Positions 12,942-26,292 of a DNA stretch of 63,959 bases are shown here, piece by piece. The translations under genes and the position numbers were made by a program. The first letter of the stretch is position 1. Every line of letters begins with the position of its first letter. The notes below the pieces were generated by a model. The model saw only the letters and a program-made list of their open reading frames with translations, was not told where the DNA came from and did no database searches. The DNA is from Eledone cirrhosa. Lineage: Eukaryota. Location: NCBI GenBank assembly GCA_964016885.1, contig OZ024742.1, positions 265,484,001-265,547,959 on the forward strand, read 5' to 3'.

Positions 12942-13825
12942 CGAGGTGTGTCAGAAAAGTTCCAGGACTGATGTCACAAAAGATTTATTTCAAAACTTCA
13001 CACTCAGAGTGTTCTCCTTCAAAGTAATCGCCCTGGAGTATGTAACTGTAATCTTAGCTCTCTGCAGCGATCAAACTTTTTTCTTCATAATTTTATATGC
13101 ATGTCCTCTGTTTCAGGTCGTCAAACAATGAGCAACGAACAAACTTGAAAACTCCGTCAGAAGCACTGGGATTGCTGCAGCAAGTGTATGGAGATGAGAC
13201 GATGTCACGCTCACGTGTTTTTGAGTGGTGCAAGAGGTTTAAAGAAGGACGCGAGGACGTGGAAGATGACCCTATGAGCGGAAGGACCTCAACAACCAGG
13301 ACTGAGGTCAACGTTGAGCGCGTCAGGCACATGGTGCGTAGCGATCGTCGGCTGACTGTTCGACTGATGGCAAATGATCTGGGCATGAATCGGGACAGCG
13401 CCTGGAAGATTCTCACTGAAGATTCGGACATGCGGGAAGTCTGCCCGAAGATAGTGCCAAAACTGCTGAACGATGACCAGAAGAGTCGACGCATGCAAGT
13501 GTGCCAGGACATCCTCGAGCGTCTTGAAACCGAACCAGACTTGCTAGGGACAATCATCACTGGTGATGAGTCATGGATCTTCGAGTACGACCCGGTGGGG
13601 ACCCGTTTTGAAGACGTGGACGACATCAAAAAGGCCGTGACGACGGAACTGTTGAGGATCCCGGCAGAATCCTTCCAGGAGTGCATGCAAGCGTGGCAGA
13701 AAAGGATGGAAAAGTGCATTAGACTCCAGAGGGATTACTTTGAAGGAGAAAACTCTTAGTGTGAAGTTTGGGTTTGAAATAAATCTTTTGTGACATCAGT
13801 CCTGGAACTTTTCTGACACACCTCG
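12942..13825 (+). mobile_element. Mariner transposon, internally deleted, 53-bp perfect TIRs
   Basis: TIRs 12942-12994 and 13773-13825 (cgaggtgtgtcagaaaagttccaggactg...). TA on the left; right flank reads GA. Confidence 0.95.
13097..13759 (+). pseudogene. Mariner transposase with in-frame loss of most of the DDD catalytic domain
   Basis: HTH motifs VFEWCKRFKEGREDVEDD..SGR and DRRLTVR; ITGDESWIFEYDP joined directly to GTRFEDVDDIK...W.KR.EKCI...DYFE. Confidence 0.9.
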
Positions 13826-13938
13826 GATATATCTATATCTATCTATCTATATATATATATATATAAATATATATATATATTTATACATATATATATATAT
13901 ATATATATATTTATACATATATATATATATATATATTT

Positions 13939-13984
<46 letters not shown>

Positions 13985-14050
13985 ATATATATTTATACAT
14001 ATATATATATATATATATATTTATACATATATATATATATATATATATTT

Positions 14051-14116
<66 letters not shown>

Positions 14117-14118
<2 letters not shown>

Positions 14119-15709
14119 TTCGCCTTCACTTCTCAATAATGCTCTATCTTTCGCACTTAAATATTCTGACATCACCACAGATGAACTTCACATTATCCTC
14201 ACCGCACGTAAAACCATCCTAGAGTTCAACAACGAATATTGGGCCAGAGCCGATACCTCTAACAACTTCGACATCACAATGGGAGCATCCGATTCATCCC
14301 AATTGACTGATTTAATTGGTATCTTCATTTTGAACTCTTTGAGTCGGAAAATTCCTCAACTTCGCGGTGGAATTTATCGTGACGATGGACTCTTTACTAT
14401 CCTAAATTGCAATATAGTTAAACTTAATATTATTAAGAACAATATACGTAATCTCTTTAACCAACATAACCTAAAAATTGAATTTGATAATAGTATCAAA
14501 CTAGCTAATTTCTTGGATGTATCTCTTAATCTTGACACTGGCCTATATTACCCTTACCATAAAAACAATGAGAATCTTAATTATGTTAACTTTAAATCTA
14601 ACCATCCTACCAATATCAAGAATGCTATAGTTAATAATATTGGAAATAGAATATCTAACATATCTTCTAATAAAAACATCTTTGATGCTAACGCCAATTA
14701 CTATAATAACGCACTTTCTAAAGCCGGCTATCCAGATAAAATCAAATATAATAAAGAAACAAATTCTAGGAAAACTTACAGTAGAATAATTAATCATGAC
14801 CATTCCAATAATTTTAATAAAAGACCTAGATACAAAAACATAATCTGGTATAATGCTCCTTTCTCCATCTCTATTAATAACAATATTCCTAAATTATTTT
14901 TTAGTGCCTTAAATAAATGCTTCCCTCCCTCACATATCTATAGTAAAATATTTAACAAACACACCATCAAATTTTCGTATTCTACATCCTCCAATATTTC
15001 CAACATCATCTCTAAACACAACAACAAAATATTAAATACTAAATCTCTTCCTTCCAATATTGAATTTCATAATAACAGTAATAGTACTCCCGACGTCATT
15101 GTAAACCCTAGGCAAACTTCTGTAAACCCAAATACAACGTCAAACACAACTTCGCTAAATGTTCATAATCCAACTCTAAATCAAGAAACTATTATTCCTA
15201 TTATTCCTATCGCAAACAACTTCTCCAATCCAATTCCTTCTATAGATAACACTAGATCACCCATTATTAATCTCTCTAATTGCAACTGCCGCATTAAAAA
15301 TAAATGTCCTCTCAACAACCATTGCCTCGATAAAAACTTAATTTATGAATGTAAAATTATAACTAGCACCAATTCCTTCACCTATTTTGGCTCCACTTCC
15401 ACCTCTTTTAAAGCTCGTCTCTATAATCATCATTCATCTTTCAAATACAAACTTAAAAGAACTAACACTGCTCTCTCAGAACTCATATGGTCCTTAAAAG
15501 ACAAAAACATTAAATATAACATCTTTTGGAAAAAGATTTCTTCTGCATCCTCATACTTGAACAGCTCTCTATCTAAAATCTGTAATCTTTGCCTAAATGA
15601 AAAATTTACCATTATCTCTAACCTAGAATCTATAATAAATAGACGCTCAGATTTGTTTTCTATCTGCCTGCATAAATTCCATAGAACTTTTCACAAAGTA
15701 TACAGTTAA
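14117..15709 (+). CDS. PLE reverse transcriptase (C-terminal half) plus GIY-YIG endonuclease
   Basis: Frame is open from 14117. Motifs [33 protein letters not shown]-x5-C-x5-C, LIY...YFG...[17 protein letters not shown]-x-H. Confidence 0.92.
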
Positions 15710-16700
15710 TATTCAATTCTTTATCAATTTAGAATCTTTTCTCAAAGGCACATATACATACACCTCTTTAAAATATACCCATCTACCTTACTTTAAAGGG
15801 CATTATACACTCTATAATACTCGTTTACTCATTACCCTCATTCTATCTTCTCGTAAAATAATAACATTTGTTTTTGACATTTTGAATATTCATCCGCAAT
15901 CATTATTATTTTTTCTCTCTATCATAAATCTTTTTAATCTCAATTTCATCCTTAATTTATTATTATTTTTTTCTCCCCATCAACGAACTCATTATTAATA
16001 CATATCAATTCAATATACAAACTTTAACTTCACATTATTTTTCTCAAATCCTTCTACACACAAACCTTAACATTTTTTCTCTTCGCTAATTTTGAAATTG
16101 CCACAATACATACATTTCTTCTTTTGACGTTAGAATATTCACCCACAATTATTATTTTTTTCTCTCTATCTTCATACATAATTTCCCTTCGTTAATTTTC
16201 AAATTCCTTTAATTTATACATTATCTTCCAACGGTTCCCAACCTCTCTATATTGAAACAATATATCTTTTTCTCAGTTATAAAAACTATCTCTTTCTCTC
16301 TATCACCCATCTCTCCCTCTCCACCTTCACTCTCATCTCCTCCCCCCTTTTTTCATCCTTTCCACCCCCCCCCCCCGCCTCCCTAAATAAAATATTTTTT
16401 CCTCGCACATATCCTCCCTTCGTTAATTTTCAAAATTTTTAATTTATACAGTATCTTCCAACGGTTTTCAACCCCTCTATGTAAAAAATATATCTCCTCT
16501 CAGCTATAAAAACTATCTCTTTCTCTCTATGACCCATCTCTCCCTCTCATCTCCTTCCCTTTTCATCCTTTTCTCCCCCCCCCCTCTAAATAAAATATTT
16601 TTCCCAATATCACACATCAATCTAAAACCACTTTTCATATGTTGATTAAAAACTGCACTATCAACAAGTGTTTTTTTAGCCTTCATATCATGTTCTCCTG

Positions 16701-16767
16701 TTTTATCTGATGAAAACACAAATATTATTGCTTGATGATGTTTGTTTTTGAAATGCGCATAATAAAA
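16701..16767 (+). ncRNA. Type I hammerhead ribozyme in PLE pLTR
   Basis: ttttat-CTGATGA-stem II (aaacacaaatattatt/gatgatgtttgtttt)-GAAA-tgcgca-TA-ataaaa; palindromic stem III ATGCGCAT. Confidence 0.85.
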
Positions 16768-16839
16768 TATATGGAACTCCTTTAACTATCTTTTGATCTT
16801 ATATTATATTTATACATATATATATATATATATATATTT

Positions 16840-16890
<51 letters not shown>

Positions 16891-17107
16891 TGTATACATA
16901 GTGGGATGGCGATGGAGTGTGAATATATATACAAAGATATTGCATACATATACACATATACGAGTGTATCATGTACACATATATGAGTATATATCATGTA
17001 AACTTAAGATCATACATATAACACTCATTCTTCTAAATACACGAAAGCGAAGCTTACACAATACATGCACACACATTATATATATATATATATATATATC
17101 CATAGAT

Positions 17108-17250
17108 ACATACGTACATACATACATACGTACTTACATACGTACATACATACATACGTACTTACATACGTACATACATACATACATACATACATACATA
17201 CATACATACATACATACATACATACATACATACATACATACATACATACA
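17108..17250. repeat. (TACA)n microsatellite
   Basis: Tetranucleotide run; (TATG)n runs also at 33402-33465 and 33606-33665. Confidence 0.95.
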
Positions 17251-18299
17251 TTCATTTATACGTAGGTACATACGTACGTACGTATACATATACATGCATG
17301 CATGCAAAAGTACAAACATAAATACACACTTTGAAAATGAGCTCAACCTGACCTCCCCACACCAAACAGACCCTTATATTATATAGGACCCCTTCACATC
17401 AGTTTGGGAAAAAAAAGAGAGAGGTCAACAAAAGATCACTGTAACCGTATTTCTACTTCTGCCTGCGACATTTCTCAACAGTGTGTTGGTGTTGTTGTTG
17501 GGGGCGATGGTGTAAGTGGTGGTTGTGCTGATAGTGTTTGCGGTGATGGCGGAGTGTGGCGTTGATGATGGTTGGGGTGAACGTGGTAAAGGAGGTAGTG
17601 AGGAATGGTGGTATTATAAGTCAGTAAATAAGTAGTGGGGGTAGTGGTAATGGTGACAATATCAGTGGTGAGAGGTTGTATGGGTATAGAAGCAGGTGGA
17701 GAGACTGGCTATGAAAGTGTGGTGACAGACTGGGGCACAGCAGGGCATTAGTGACATTCCTTTCCTCGGGTGCATTACTTGGGGATGGTGGTAATGATGG
17801 TGGCAGTGATGGTGATTGGCTTACGGCGAAGGGGTGGCGACTGGTTATTGTAGCTGTAGCTGCTGTTGCTGTTGACATAGCTTCGTTCTCCAAATTGCTA
17901 GCCTTGTGCCAAAGTTAAAAATAATTATTGTTGTTTTTGCTGTCATAGTTCTTATATTGCTATTGTTGTTCTGTTGATATTTTTATTGTTGACATAGCTT
18001 TGGTTTTGTTAGGGATCTTGTTATTTGTTATTGTTATATTCTTTAGCCTGTTTTCACATTACTAATGTTATGTATAGATCTAAAACCTGGTTAATGTATG
18101 ACATTGTTGTTCTGTTTTGTTTTGACTTCAATTCGTTTGCCTTTCATCTTTCCCTTATTAAAAACTCTACATTCAGAATACTAGCGAAACACCTTGATCA
18201 TTCTGAAGTCTTTTCTATGTGAAGAAAAGTGCCCGATTATTTCTTAAATTTTCTACAGTATGTATGTTGAATTCTTTTTGAGAAACTCAGACTTCTTTC

Positions 18300-18465
18300 T
18301 GCCATTGACATAAGGCCAGCAATTTGGAGAAGGAGGTAAGTCGATCATATCGAGCCAATAATTAACTGATATCTATGATCCCGAGAGGATGTAAGGCAAA
18401 GTTGAATTTGGCGAACGAAATGCTGCTGAGCATTCATCTGACGCACTACCGATTCTGCCAATCAC
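18300..18465 (-). mobile_element. Diverged SINE copy
   Basis: Reverse complement of the 6094 family (aaggccagcaattt, aggatgtaaggcaaagttg, gattctgccaat). Confidence 0.75.
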
Positions 18466-18599
18466 TGCATTTAAAAACGATATTGCTCTTTACAATTTGT
18501 TTTTGAAAAGTAATTTCAGTCAATCAATCAGATTTATACACTATATACACACTGGCCTACTTAGAACTGCAATAAAAACAACACCAAAATAACCACATT

Positions 18600-20290
18600 G
18601 AAAGGCGAATTCTTCGCTTGCGAAGATCAGTGGGAAGAATTGTTGTCCTGTTCCGTGTGGTGGCACACACTCAGGTGGCTGTAGAAGCCAATCATGGACC
18701 TGCAGGCTCTGGTACAGTTGGGGCAAGTGTGTACTTGATCAGTTGGTGGTTGAGTGGCGGACAGCTTTTTTCTTTCATGATTGTCTTCAGCCGCCTTCCT
18801 GCCCTCCTCAAAACTGGCTGCAGCTGTTTTGATGGTCACTCTCCATTTCTCTGTTTTCTACTAGGTGGTCCCATTCCCTATGGTCAATATTGCCCTGGAT
18901 CAGCTGGCGCTTGAGTTGGTCCCTGAAGCGTTTTCGGTGTGTGATTGGGGCGGGGGGGGGGGGTCGATTACCTTGACGTATTTCACCGTAGAAAACTGCC
19001 TTTGGCATCCTAGAGTCATTCATGCGCGCGACATGACCTGCCCAGTGCAGCTGTCTCAGCATTAGCATGCTCTCAATGCTTCTGATATCAACCCTCTCGA
19101 GAACTTCCTCGTTTGTTACATAGTTCTGCAAACGGATGCCCATGATGGAGTGAAGGCATTGCTGATTGAATCTTTCCAGTAGCTGATCTGCTTCTGGCCT
19201 TTGTAATGCGATTGTCAATGTCCTTTGCTGAGGTAGTGTCGGTGGTAATGACGCTTTCCAAGTATGTGAAATGCTCCACTGCACTGAGGAGGTGGCCATC
19301 GATGTTAATCTGCGGAGGGTAATACTTGACATTTCCTGTCTTCTGGGACATGACTTCAGTTTTCTTGAGATTGGTGGTCAGGTCAAAGGCATTGGCTGCC
19401 CGAGCAAAGCAGCTTCCTCCGCGTGCGTCAGAAGGGGACAGTCGTCTGCGATCAACTCCAGTGTTCTGGTGCGGACAAGCAGTCGTCGGAAGTTGAATAC
19501 ACACCCATCAGTACGAAACCGGATGTAAATGTCCTCCCACTGACCTTTCTTTGCTTCGCGAAGCATGATGCTGAAGAATATGGCAAATAGGGTTGAGGCA
19601 AAGACACAGTCTTGTTTTACGCCATCCTTGATGGAAAATTGATCAGAGAGACCGCCATTGTGCTTCACCTGTCCCTGCAGTCCTGTGTGGAGTTGTTGGA
19701 GCGGCATAGTCAGGAATTTTGGCCGACACCCAAGTCTGCTGAGGATCTTCCAGACTCCATCCCTGCTGATTGTATCAAATACCTTCGTCAATGAAGGCAG
19801 CGTAGAAGGCTATATGTTGCTCTCTACGTTTTTCTCGAAATCGGTGGAGGACAAAAATCATGTCTGTGGAGCCGCGGTTTGCACGGAATCCGCATTGGCT
19901 TTCTGGGAGGACATCCTCTGCAATGGCTGGGATGAGTCTATTGAGCAGGACACGAGCTATAATTTTGCCTGCTGTTGAGAGTAACGTGATGCGAGGGTAG
20001 TTTGAGCAGCCTGATTTTTTGCTTTTGTTCTACTACAGGGATATGATCACGGCATTTTGGAGAATTGTTGGTATTTCTCCCTTTGGCCAGCACTGTACAA
20101 ACAGATCCGTGAGCTTCTCAAGGAGCGAGCCACTGCCATACTTGTACACCGCAGCAGGAATACCGTCAACACCAGGAGCCCTGTGTGCTTTCAGGTGGGT
20201 AACTGCAGATTTACTTCCTCTAGAGAAGGTGGAGCGTGGGTGCCTCCTCCATGTTGTTTTGAACCTGTTTTTTTTGCTCAATACGATAGG
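18600..20290 (-). mobile_element. RTE-clade LINE, decayed
   Basis: KAHRAPGVDGIP, KVFDTISRDGVW, GVKQDCVFASTLF, ADDC, NLKKTEVM, QLHWAGHVARMNDSRMPKAVFYGE and a C-terminal CPNC zinc finger; multiple frameshifts. Confidence 0.92.
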
Positions 20291-21774
20291 CTGTAGCAAT
20301 AATAACAACAACTCTGTAGGCGGAGAGCTGTCATAATGATCACTATCTCTACAGGTTTGTTGTTTTATTACCATCGCCTATCATCATTGTTGTAGTACTA
20401 AATAAACCACGGTGTATAGGATGGATAAGTCTGATTAGCTGAAATTTCTTTTAAGAATTCCATTTTTAACAAGCTATAATATTGTTTTAATCATAAATTT
20501 CTCCAAAAGTGGTTGTTCTCCTGCAAGGTCACAAGTCGATGTATGTCCATGGTGAAACATGCCCACAACATATCACCAAAGATTAAGTCGGCACAGACCA
20601 CCTGCCCGTATTGCGACACGATGGTAACTACCGTCCAGAATTTGATATTGTCAACGTTGCTGTTGACGGTAAGACTTATATTTAACCGTTCCACATACCT
20701 TGGAACTAGTTTATGTCCAATGAGATATGGATTTATGCTTTCACTGCGTCATCAGATTGAAAAAAGAGTTGATATCTTTCCATATATGAAAAACAATTTC
20801 ATTAAGTACGTCTGGGAGATCTGCGTTCAATTGGTTTTTAAATGGAATGAGATAAGTTCCAATGGTCTTGGCAAAGCGGGACATGTAACTGTCTTTCATC
20901 CTCGTTCTTGGGATGAATTCTAGCAAAAAAATATTTTCTTTCGATGAAATATTTCGTATTTAGATTTATATTGCCTGGATTTATATTGCCTGGAGTAATA
21001 CTTGCAATAAAGAATTCTAGCCTAAGCTTGACAATTTTTCGTTTGACAAAGCCCAAGTGAACGTGCGAAAGTTATTATTTTTATACGTGATATCTATAAT
21101 GTCACAGTTTCTTTCGTAAAATATTATATGTTCAATATCTAGAGTTGAAAAGATTGCGTGTCTGTGTACATGCTGCACTATGGGTAGCAAAAGAGTAATC
21201 ACGAACAAGATTAGTCAAAGCTTAAAAATAAAAGTCAGAAAAGGCAAAAAAATAGGCAAAAAAATAAAACACAGAAAAGGCAAAAAACAAACAACTGAAA
21301 AGAACTAACACATGGCAAGATTCTAAACTTTCGGTTTAAAATATTTAACAGGGACGTAAAAGTTGCTTGCCAAGAAATTTAATGATACTAACAGAGCCAG
21401 AAATAACACCTGTGAAGCTCACTTAGAGGAAAACCATCTGATTTGCAATACCAAAGAAATAGTAAACCCCTAAAGTTAAACGACCATCACATGCCTTCTT
21501 GCAATCTACAATGCCTTGGCTGCAATGATTTAACAGATTAAATAAACACCTGAAAAAACAACCTCTTTTCCAGAAAATCAGAACGAAGGCTGCATAGATT
21601 CATACAGCTGTTAATGTTAGTTGCTGCTCAACAGTTGTAACCGAAGACTGCAGAAAAAGAAAAAAAGAGACTGCCAGATGGCTTTTGACAGTATTTCCTA
21701 CACATGAATCTGGAAATATTAGCCATTGAATAAGGTAGCATAAATAAATTCTTCACAAATTCACGTATGCTAAA

Positions 21775-22140
21775 CCTTGGCTACATTATCAGTGATGTTA
21801 TCCTGTACTCACTGGATGTTTCGGCTCTTACAAAATCCACCTTTATCCAGGTGATCCAGTCTGTGTCGAGGTTGACACATCTCTTCAGCCATAGCCATCT
21901 AGATGCCCTCTCTGTTGCTTCCGAGTTGGTTTTGATGTCTCTTCCCCAGCTTGCTCCTGTAATGCCCAGAGTTCCGTAGTATTTGCTAAAAGAACGAGCT
22001 GCCAACTCCTCGGCTGCCAACCCCTACTGGTATGCACCTGGTCTTCTATCAACTGGTTCTTTAATTTTCTTCTCTTGTTCCAACAACATCCTCTTCTCGT
22101 AGACAACAGTTAGTCCTACTAGAACGAGCTGGGAGGAGAT
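21775..22140 (-). mobile_element. HERO-like (RLE) non-LTR retrotransposon 3' fragment
   Basis: Translation LVGLTVVYE...EVGSS...LGITGA...EATERASRWLWLKR is typical of this RLE C-terminus; the 3' UTR follows. Confidence 0.75.
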
Positions 22141-22319
22141 AATGGAGGAGACGCAAAAGATGAAGGCAGAACTACTACACAAGGAAATCGACTGTTTTAC
22201 TGGTATTGTTAGTGATGGTAATATGGGTGGTGGTAATATTAATGATGCTGTTTGGCCTTTGATCAACACTTGGTCGAAAAACTTATTATAATCATATATA
22301 TGTACTCCAGTTGTAACCA

Positions 22320-22640
22320 GCCCTTCCAGACATAGTGTTACAAGGACTACATTATCTGATGTACCCTTCGATCTTTAAGACGGAGTATGGAATGAGGGAG
22401 ATTTGATTGTTCATTCTATCGGTTCAAGCAATCGTTAAATGCCTTCTCGTTAGCTAGTATTGGCTGAGGAAATTATTGGTTTTGTAGTTGTTTAACACCC
22501 CTAAAAGATATTCTGGCCACGATTATTCTGTTTTTCCTATGTGCGATGAACCCAGGACTACATTATCCAACGTGTCTTTCATTTAAGATGGGATTTGAGA
22601 CAGATTTGACTACTATTTCTATAATATCTAGGATCACGTA
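22320..22640 (+). repeat. Two tandem diverged copies of a short interspersed repeat (also about 23140-23290 and 35840-36015)
   Basis: Shared motifs ggactacattatc and gagatttg..tgctatttctagcaggtcg. Confidence 0.6.
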
Positions 22641-23419
22641 AAGCATGGTAGTGGTGGTCATGTTCGTGAGGAATGTGGTGGTAGGATAAAGTTGTTGTAC
22701 TCATCAAACCTAATTCTATGCGATACATCCCTACTAATACCACAACCTCTACACTACTTCTCCAAGCCTCTAGTGGTGTTAAACCATGTGGTATGTTGAT
22801 CTACCTTCCAAGAGCTAAATGACGAGGTTAAACAAACTCTGTGTCAGACCCTTCTTATATGAATCAAGTGGTGATATTAAACAAGATGATGTGTTGGACG
22901 TACAACTTAACATTCAGATGGTTGCATTAAACCAGGAAGTGTGCTAGAACTATCATCCATGGAGCAGGTGGTAGTATTAAACTTCATATAGCCGTGCCCT
23001 GTTTTTTTGTTTGTTGTTTTTTAACACCCAGCTTAAGCCTACCGTATGTTCATAAATGATAGATAATATGCATCAACTCATTATTAGTACAGTATCAAAT
23101 ATTTAGTGGGGAGAAGTGTTTTACTAACCCAAGTTCTTAAAAGGTGCTAATATTTCCAGTCGTGGTCATACAGCTGTATTAGGTGTATCTAGGCCTACAA
23201 TTATCTAAAATGTAATTTCCTTATTAAAGCGGTTGGGGTCATTTCAGGGAGTCTTGGTTGTTATTTCTAGCAGGTCGATTGCTTATGTATAACCTTGACA
23301 TCCGCATTGTTGATGACTTTCTCATCAGCACTGTCAATGACCTTGGCTTTAGCTAAGTAGAAAAGCTTGACATCAGTAAAGATGACCATGATATCAGCAA
23401 ATTCGATGACCTTGACATC

Positions 23420-23560
23420 AACAAATTGTCAAGGGCAAGAAACAACTGGTGCGTAATGTACTTCTGGCAGTACGGAAACCGTACTGATGGTCACACAGTA
23501 AGAGAAACGTGATATGGTGATGATGGAGGAAGTGGCATATTGAGAAAGATACTTTTAATG
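23420..23560 (-). mobile_element. Small LINE RT fragment
   Basis: LLCDHQYGFRTARST motif. Confidence 0.55.
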
Positions 23561-23638
23561 GAGAGTATAAGAAAATAAACAGAGATGTTAGATGTGAAGA
23601 GAAGTAGGCTGAGAAAAAGAAGGAATAGTGTAGAAAGA

Positions 23639-23651
<13 letters not shown>

Positions 23652-23737
<86 letters not shown>

Positions 23738-23790
23738 CGGGAGAGAGAGAGGGTGAGAAAGAGGGTGAGAGAGAGGGTGAGAGAGAGAAA
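23652..23790. repeat. (GA)n microsatellite
   Basis: Direct reading; a similar run lies at 39370-39490. Confidence 0.95.
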
Positions 23791-24326
23791 GAGGGAAGAA
23801 GGAATATGAAGTAAGTAGACAATTGTAGTATGGGGAGAAACAGAGTAAATGATGTCAAGTGTTGGATAAGAGAGAAAGATAGAAAGAGAAGTGAGAAAGA
23901 GATGAGGGAGATAAAGAAAGTGAAGGAAGCGAAGGATTAAAGAATGAAAGATGAGAAAGAGGGTGAAATCTAGAATGAGAGAAATAGCGATAGTAGAGGG
24001 GGTGGTAGAATAAAATATAAGGCGGGAAACGCGGAAAGAGAGCGTGAGAAGACATAAGGGGAACAAACGAAGGAGAAGGGAAGCAGGTAGAAGAGAGGGG
24101 GCAAGAAAAGGACATGGCATGAGGGAGGAAGTAGATGGAAAAGGGGTGTCTAAGGGCTTAGTCACCACAAAACTATGCCCAGGCATAAAAACAACATTAA
24201 CAATAACCATAACAGCAACAATCACAAGCAACAAATGAGTTTAGGAGTTTTATAGGCCAGCAGCTGCCTTGATGCCTGCAAGGGACTTCATATGCATATA
24301 TTATAAATATTATATATTTGTATAAT

Positions 24327-24388
<62 letters not shown>

Positions 24389-24527
24389 CACACATACATG
24401 TGTGCGTTGTGAGTGTGTGTGTGTGTAGGTATATATATATATAGAGGGGGGGGGGGGGGTAGAGAATATTTCCCTGCGTGAACAGATAAATGGAAAAATT
24501 AGTGTATGGAAGATACGTAATATCTAA

Positions 24528-24950
24528 TTTCGGCACAAGGTCAGCAATATTGTAGGGAGGGGAAAGTTAATTATATTGATTGCAGTACTTGACTCGGAAT
24601 ATAAAAGCTGACATCGGCAGGATTTAAAATCTCAACATAAAGTGACGTAACTAAATACCGCAGAGCATTTTGTCCGACCCTCAAAAACAATTCTGCAAAT
24701 AAAAACACCTTAAGTTTTATTATTAGTCAGGCAACGGCGGTAAATTGGCAGAGCGTCGGGCCGGACAACATGCTTTCCGGAATATAGGTACGGCTCTCTA
24801 TGTTCTGAGATCAAAATTTGTCGAGGTTAGCTTTGCTTTTCATCCTTTCAGGTTCGATTGAATAAAGTACCAATAACGCACTGGGCTGGTTCAATCGACT
24901 TCCCTTTCTCTTCAAATTGATGGGTTTGTGCCAAACGTAGAAACAATTAT
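24528..24950. mobile_element. Two diverged SINE copies head-to-head (24528-24700 minus, 24736-24950 plus)
   Basis: Both match the 6094 family core. Confidence 0.8.
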
Positions 24951-26111
24951 TAGCCATGGTTATCGTGACCTTCAGACAATAAGTCTGTAGAATTGGCGTC
25001 AGACCTAGCAGCAGATCACCCTAATTAAAGAATAGTCTAATGGCAAATTAAATATATCAGTCAACGGCAGTTCGTGGTCAAGAACATTATCGAGTAATTG
25101 TTAACGCACACGTCCAGCACGGGTTTCGGTTAGTCGCAGATTCACCTCTTCATTTTTTCCTCAACTATTATTTACAATGATCGACTATTCTTAAAGTCAT
25201 TTAAATTTATATTTCAAATGTTCCCAATGTTTGTATGTGTGTGCGTGTATAAGTGTGTTTGTGTATGTGAATGCGAATGTGCAACTAGTGCATCCTTGGC
25301 TCACGATCGAGTGGTGGTGTGTATCATACTTTCGGTATATGTATAGTATAGATGGTTCAGTTATTTAATGGTGGTAGTACCAATATGAACACTCGATGAA
25401 GTTTCATTTACAAGCTTTTTTTATTGTTTATCGGCCTGTTACGTACTTTTCACAGATGATTGCCTCAAGGTCAATAGATGCTATGGACCCGACTCCGGCA
25501 TCGATCTTCTCGTCAGACTTGGTGATCCAACAGAGAATATATTTGAGGTAATCGATAAAGTGTTGAGTAAATATAAGCTCCGGGCCTTTTGGGTGGGTGA
25601 GAGCATATGTAAGTGTTTGAGTGTATAGGTATGTACACTTGTGCGTCAATGTGTGTGTATCTATGTGTTGATACTTGTGTGTTCTTTTGTGAGTGTGTAT
25701 GAATGTATGTGTGTGTGGGTGTGGATGTCTACGGATTGGAGGCGTTGGTCAGTCAAGCGACCTAGACGAACAACACAATAGCAAAAAGCAAGACATGAGA
25801 AAATAAACTTCCTCAAAGGTATCGTATGGAATTTGGTAAGACTAGGCGGTAGAGTCAGTTTACATTCGTTTGTCAGGCAACAACAACAACAGAAGCAATA
25901 ACAGCATCAACACCACCAAACAAACATAGCACATGACAGTGTTATACAGCCGAACAGCAATAATGACAATAAAAATTATGTGATAATACTAATAGGTATA
26001 ATAATTAGTAAAATATTACTAATAACAATAATCATAATAAAAATATTATAATAATAATAGAAGTAATAATCATAGTAAAAGAACGTTAATGGCAGCGACA
26101 ACAATGAAAAT

Positions 26112-26292
26112 AATTGTTTCTACGTCTGGCACAAGGCCAGCAATTACCCAGTGCATTACTGGTACTTTATTTTATCGACCCCATAAGGATGAAAGGTAAA
26201 GTTAACCTCGGCGGGATTTGAACTCAGAATGGCAAGGGCCGTAACTCTCTGCGTCAAAGCATAGCGTCCGACCCTCCACCGATACTGCCAAT
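26112..26292 (-). mobile_element. tRNA-derived SINE
   Basis: Close reverse-complement match to 6094-6285. Confidence 0.9.

Larger units (their letters stand above)
14117..16795 (+). mobile_element. Penelope-like retroelement, 5'-truncated, with long 3' region and hammerhead
   Basis: Bounded by (TA)n at both ends; RT-GIY-YIG ORF, about 1 kb pyrimidine-rich 3' region, HHR at 16701. Confidence 0.92.

Noticed and set aside
13093-13719. 208-aa minus ORF
   Set aside because: Antisense to the mariner transposase.
14117-15709. Selenocysteine recoding, as reported for some PLEs
   Set aside because: No in-frame TGA in this ORF; the visible Cys motifs of the other PLE fragments also use Cys codons.
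20730-20760. CTGATGA-cgcagt-GAAA on the minus strand
   Set aside because: No convincing stem I or III; probably chance.
23418-24234. Hydrophobic 146- and 247-aa ORFs resembling membrane proteins
   Set aside because: Produced by a purine-rich/(GA)n tract.
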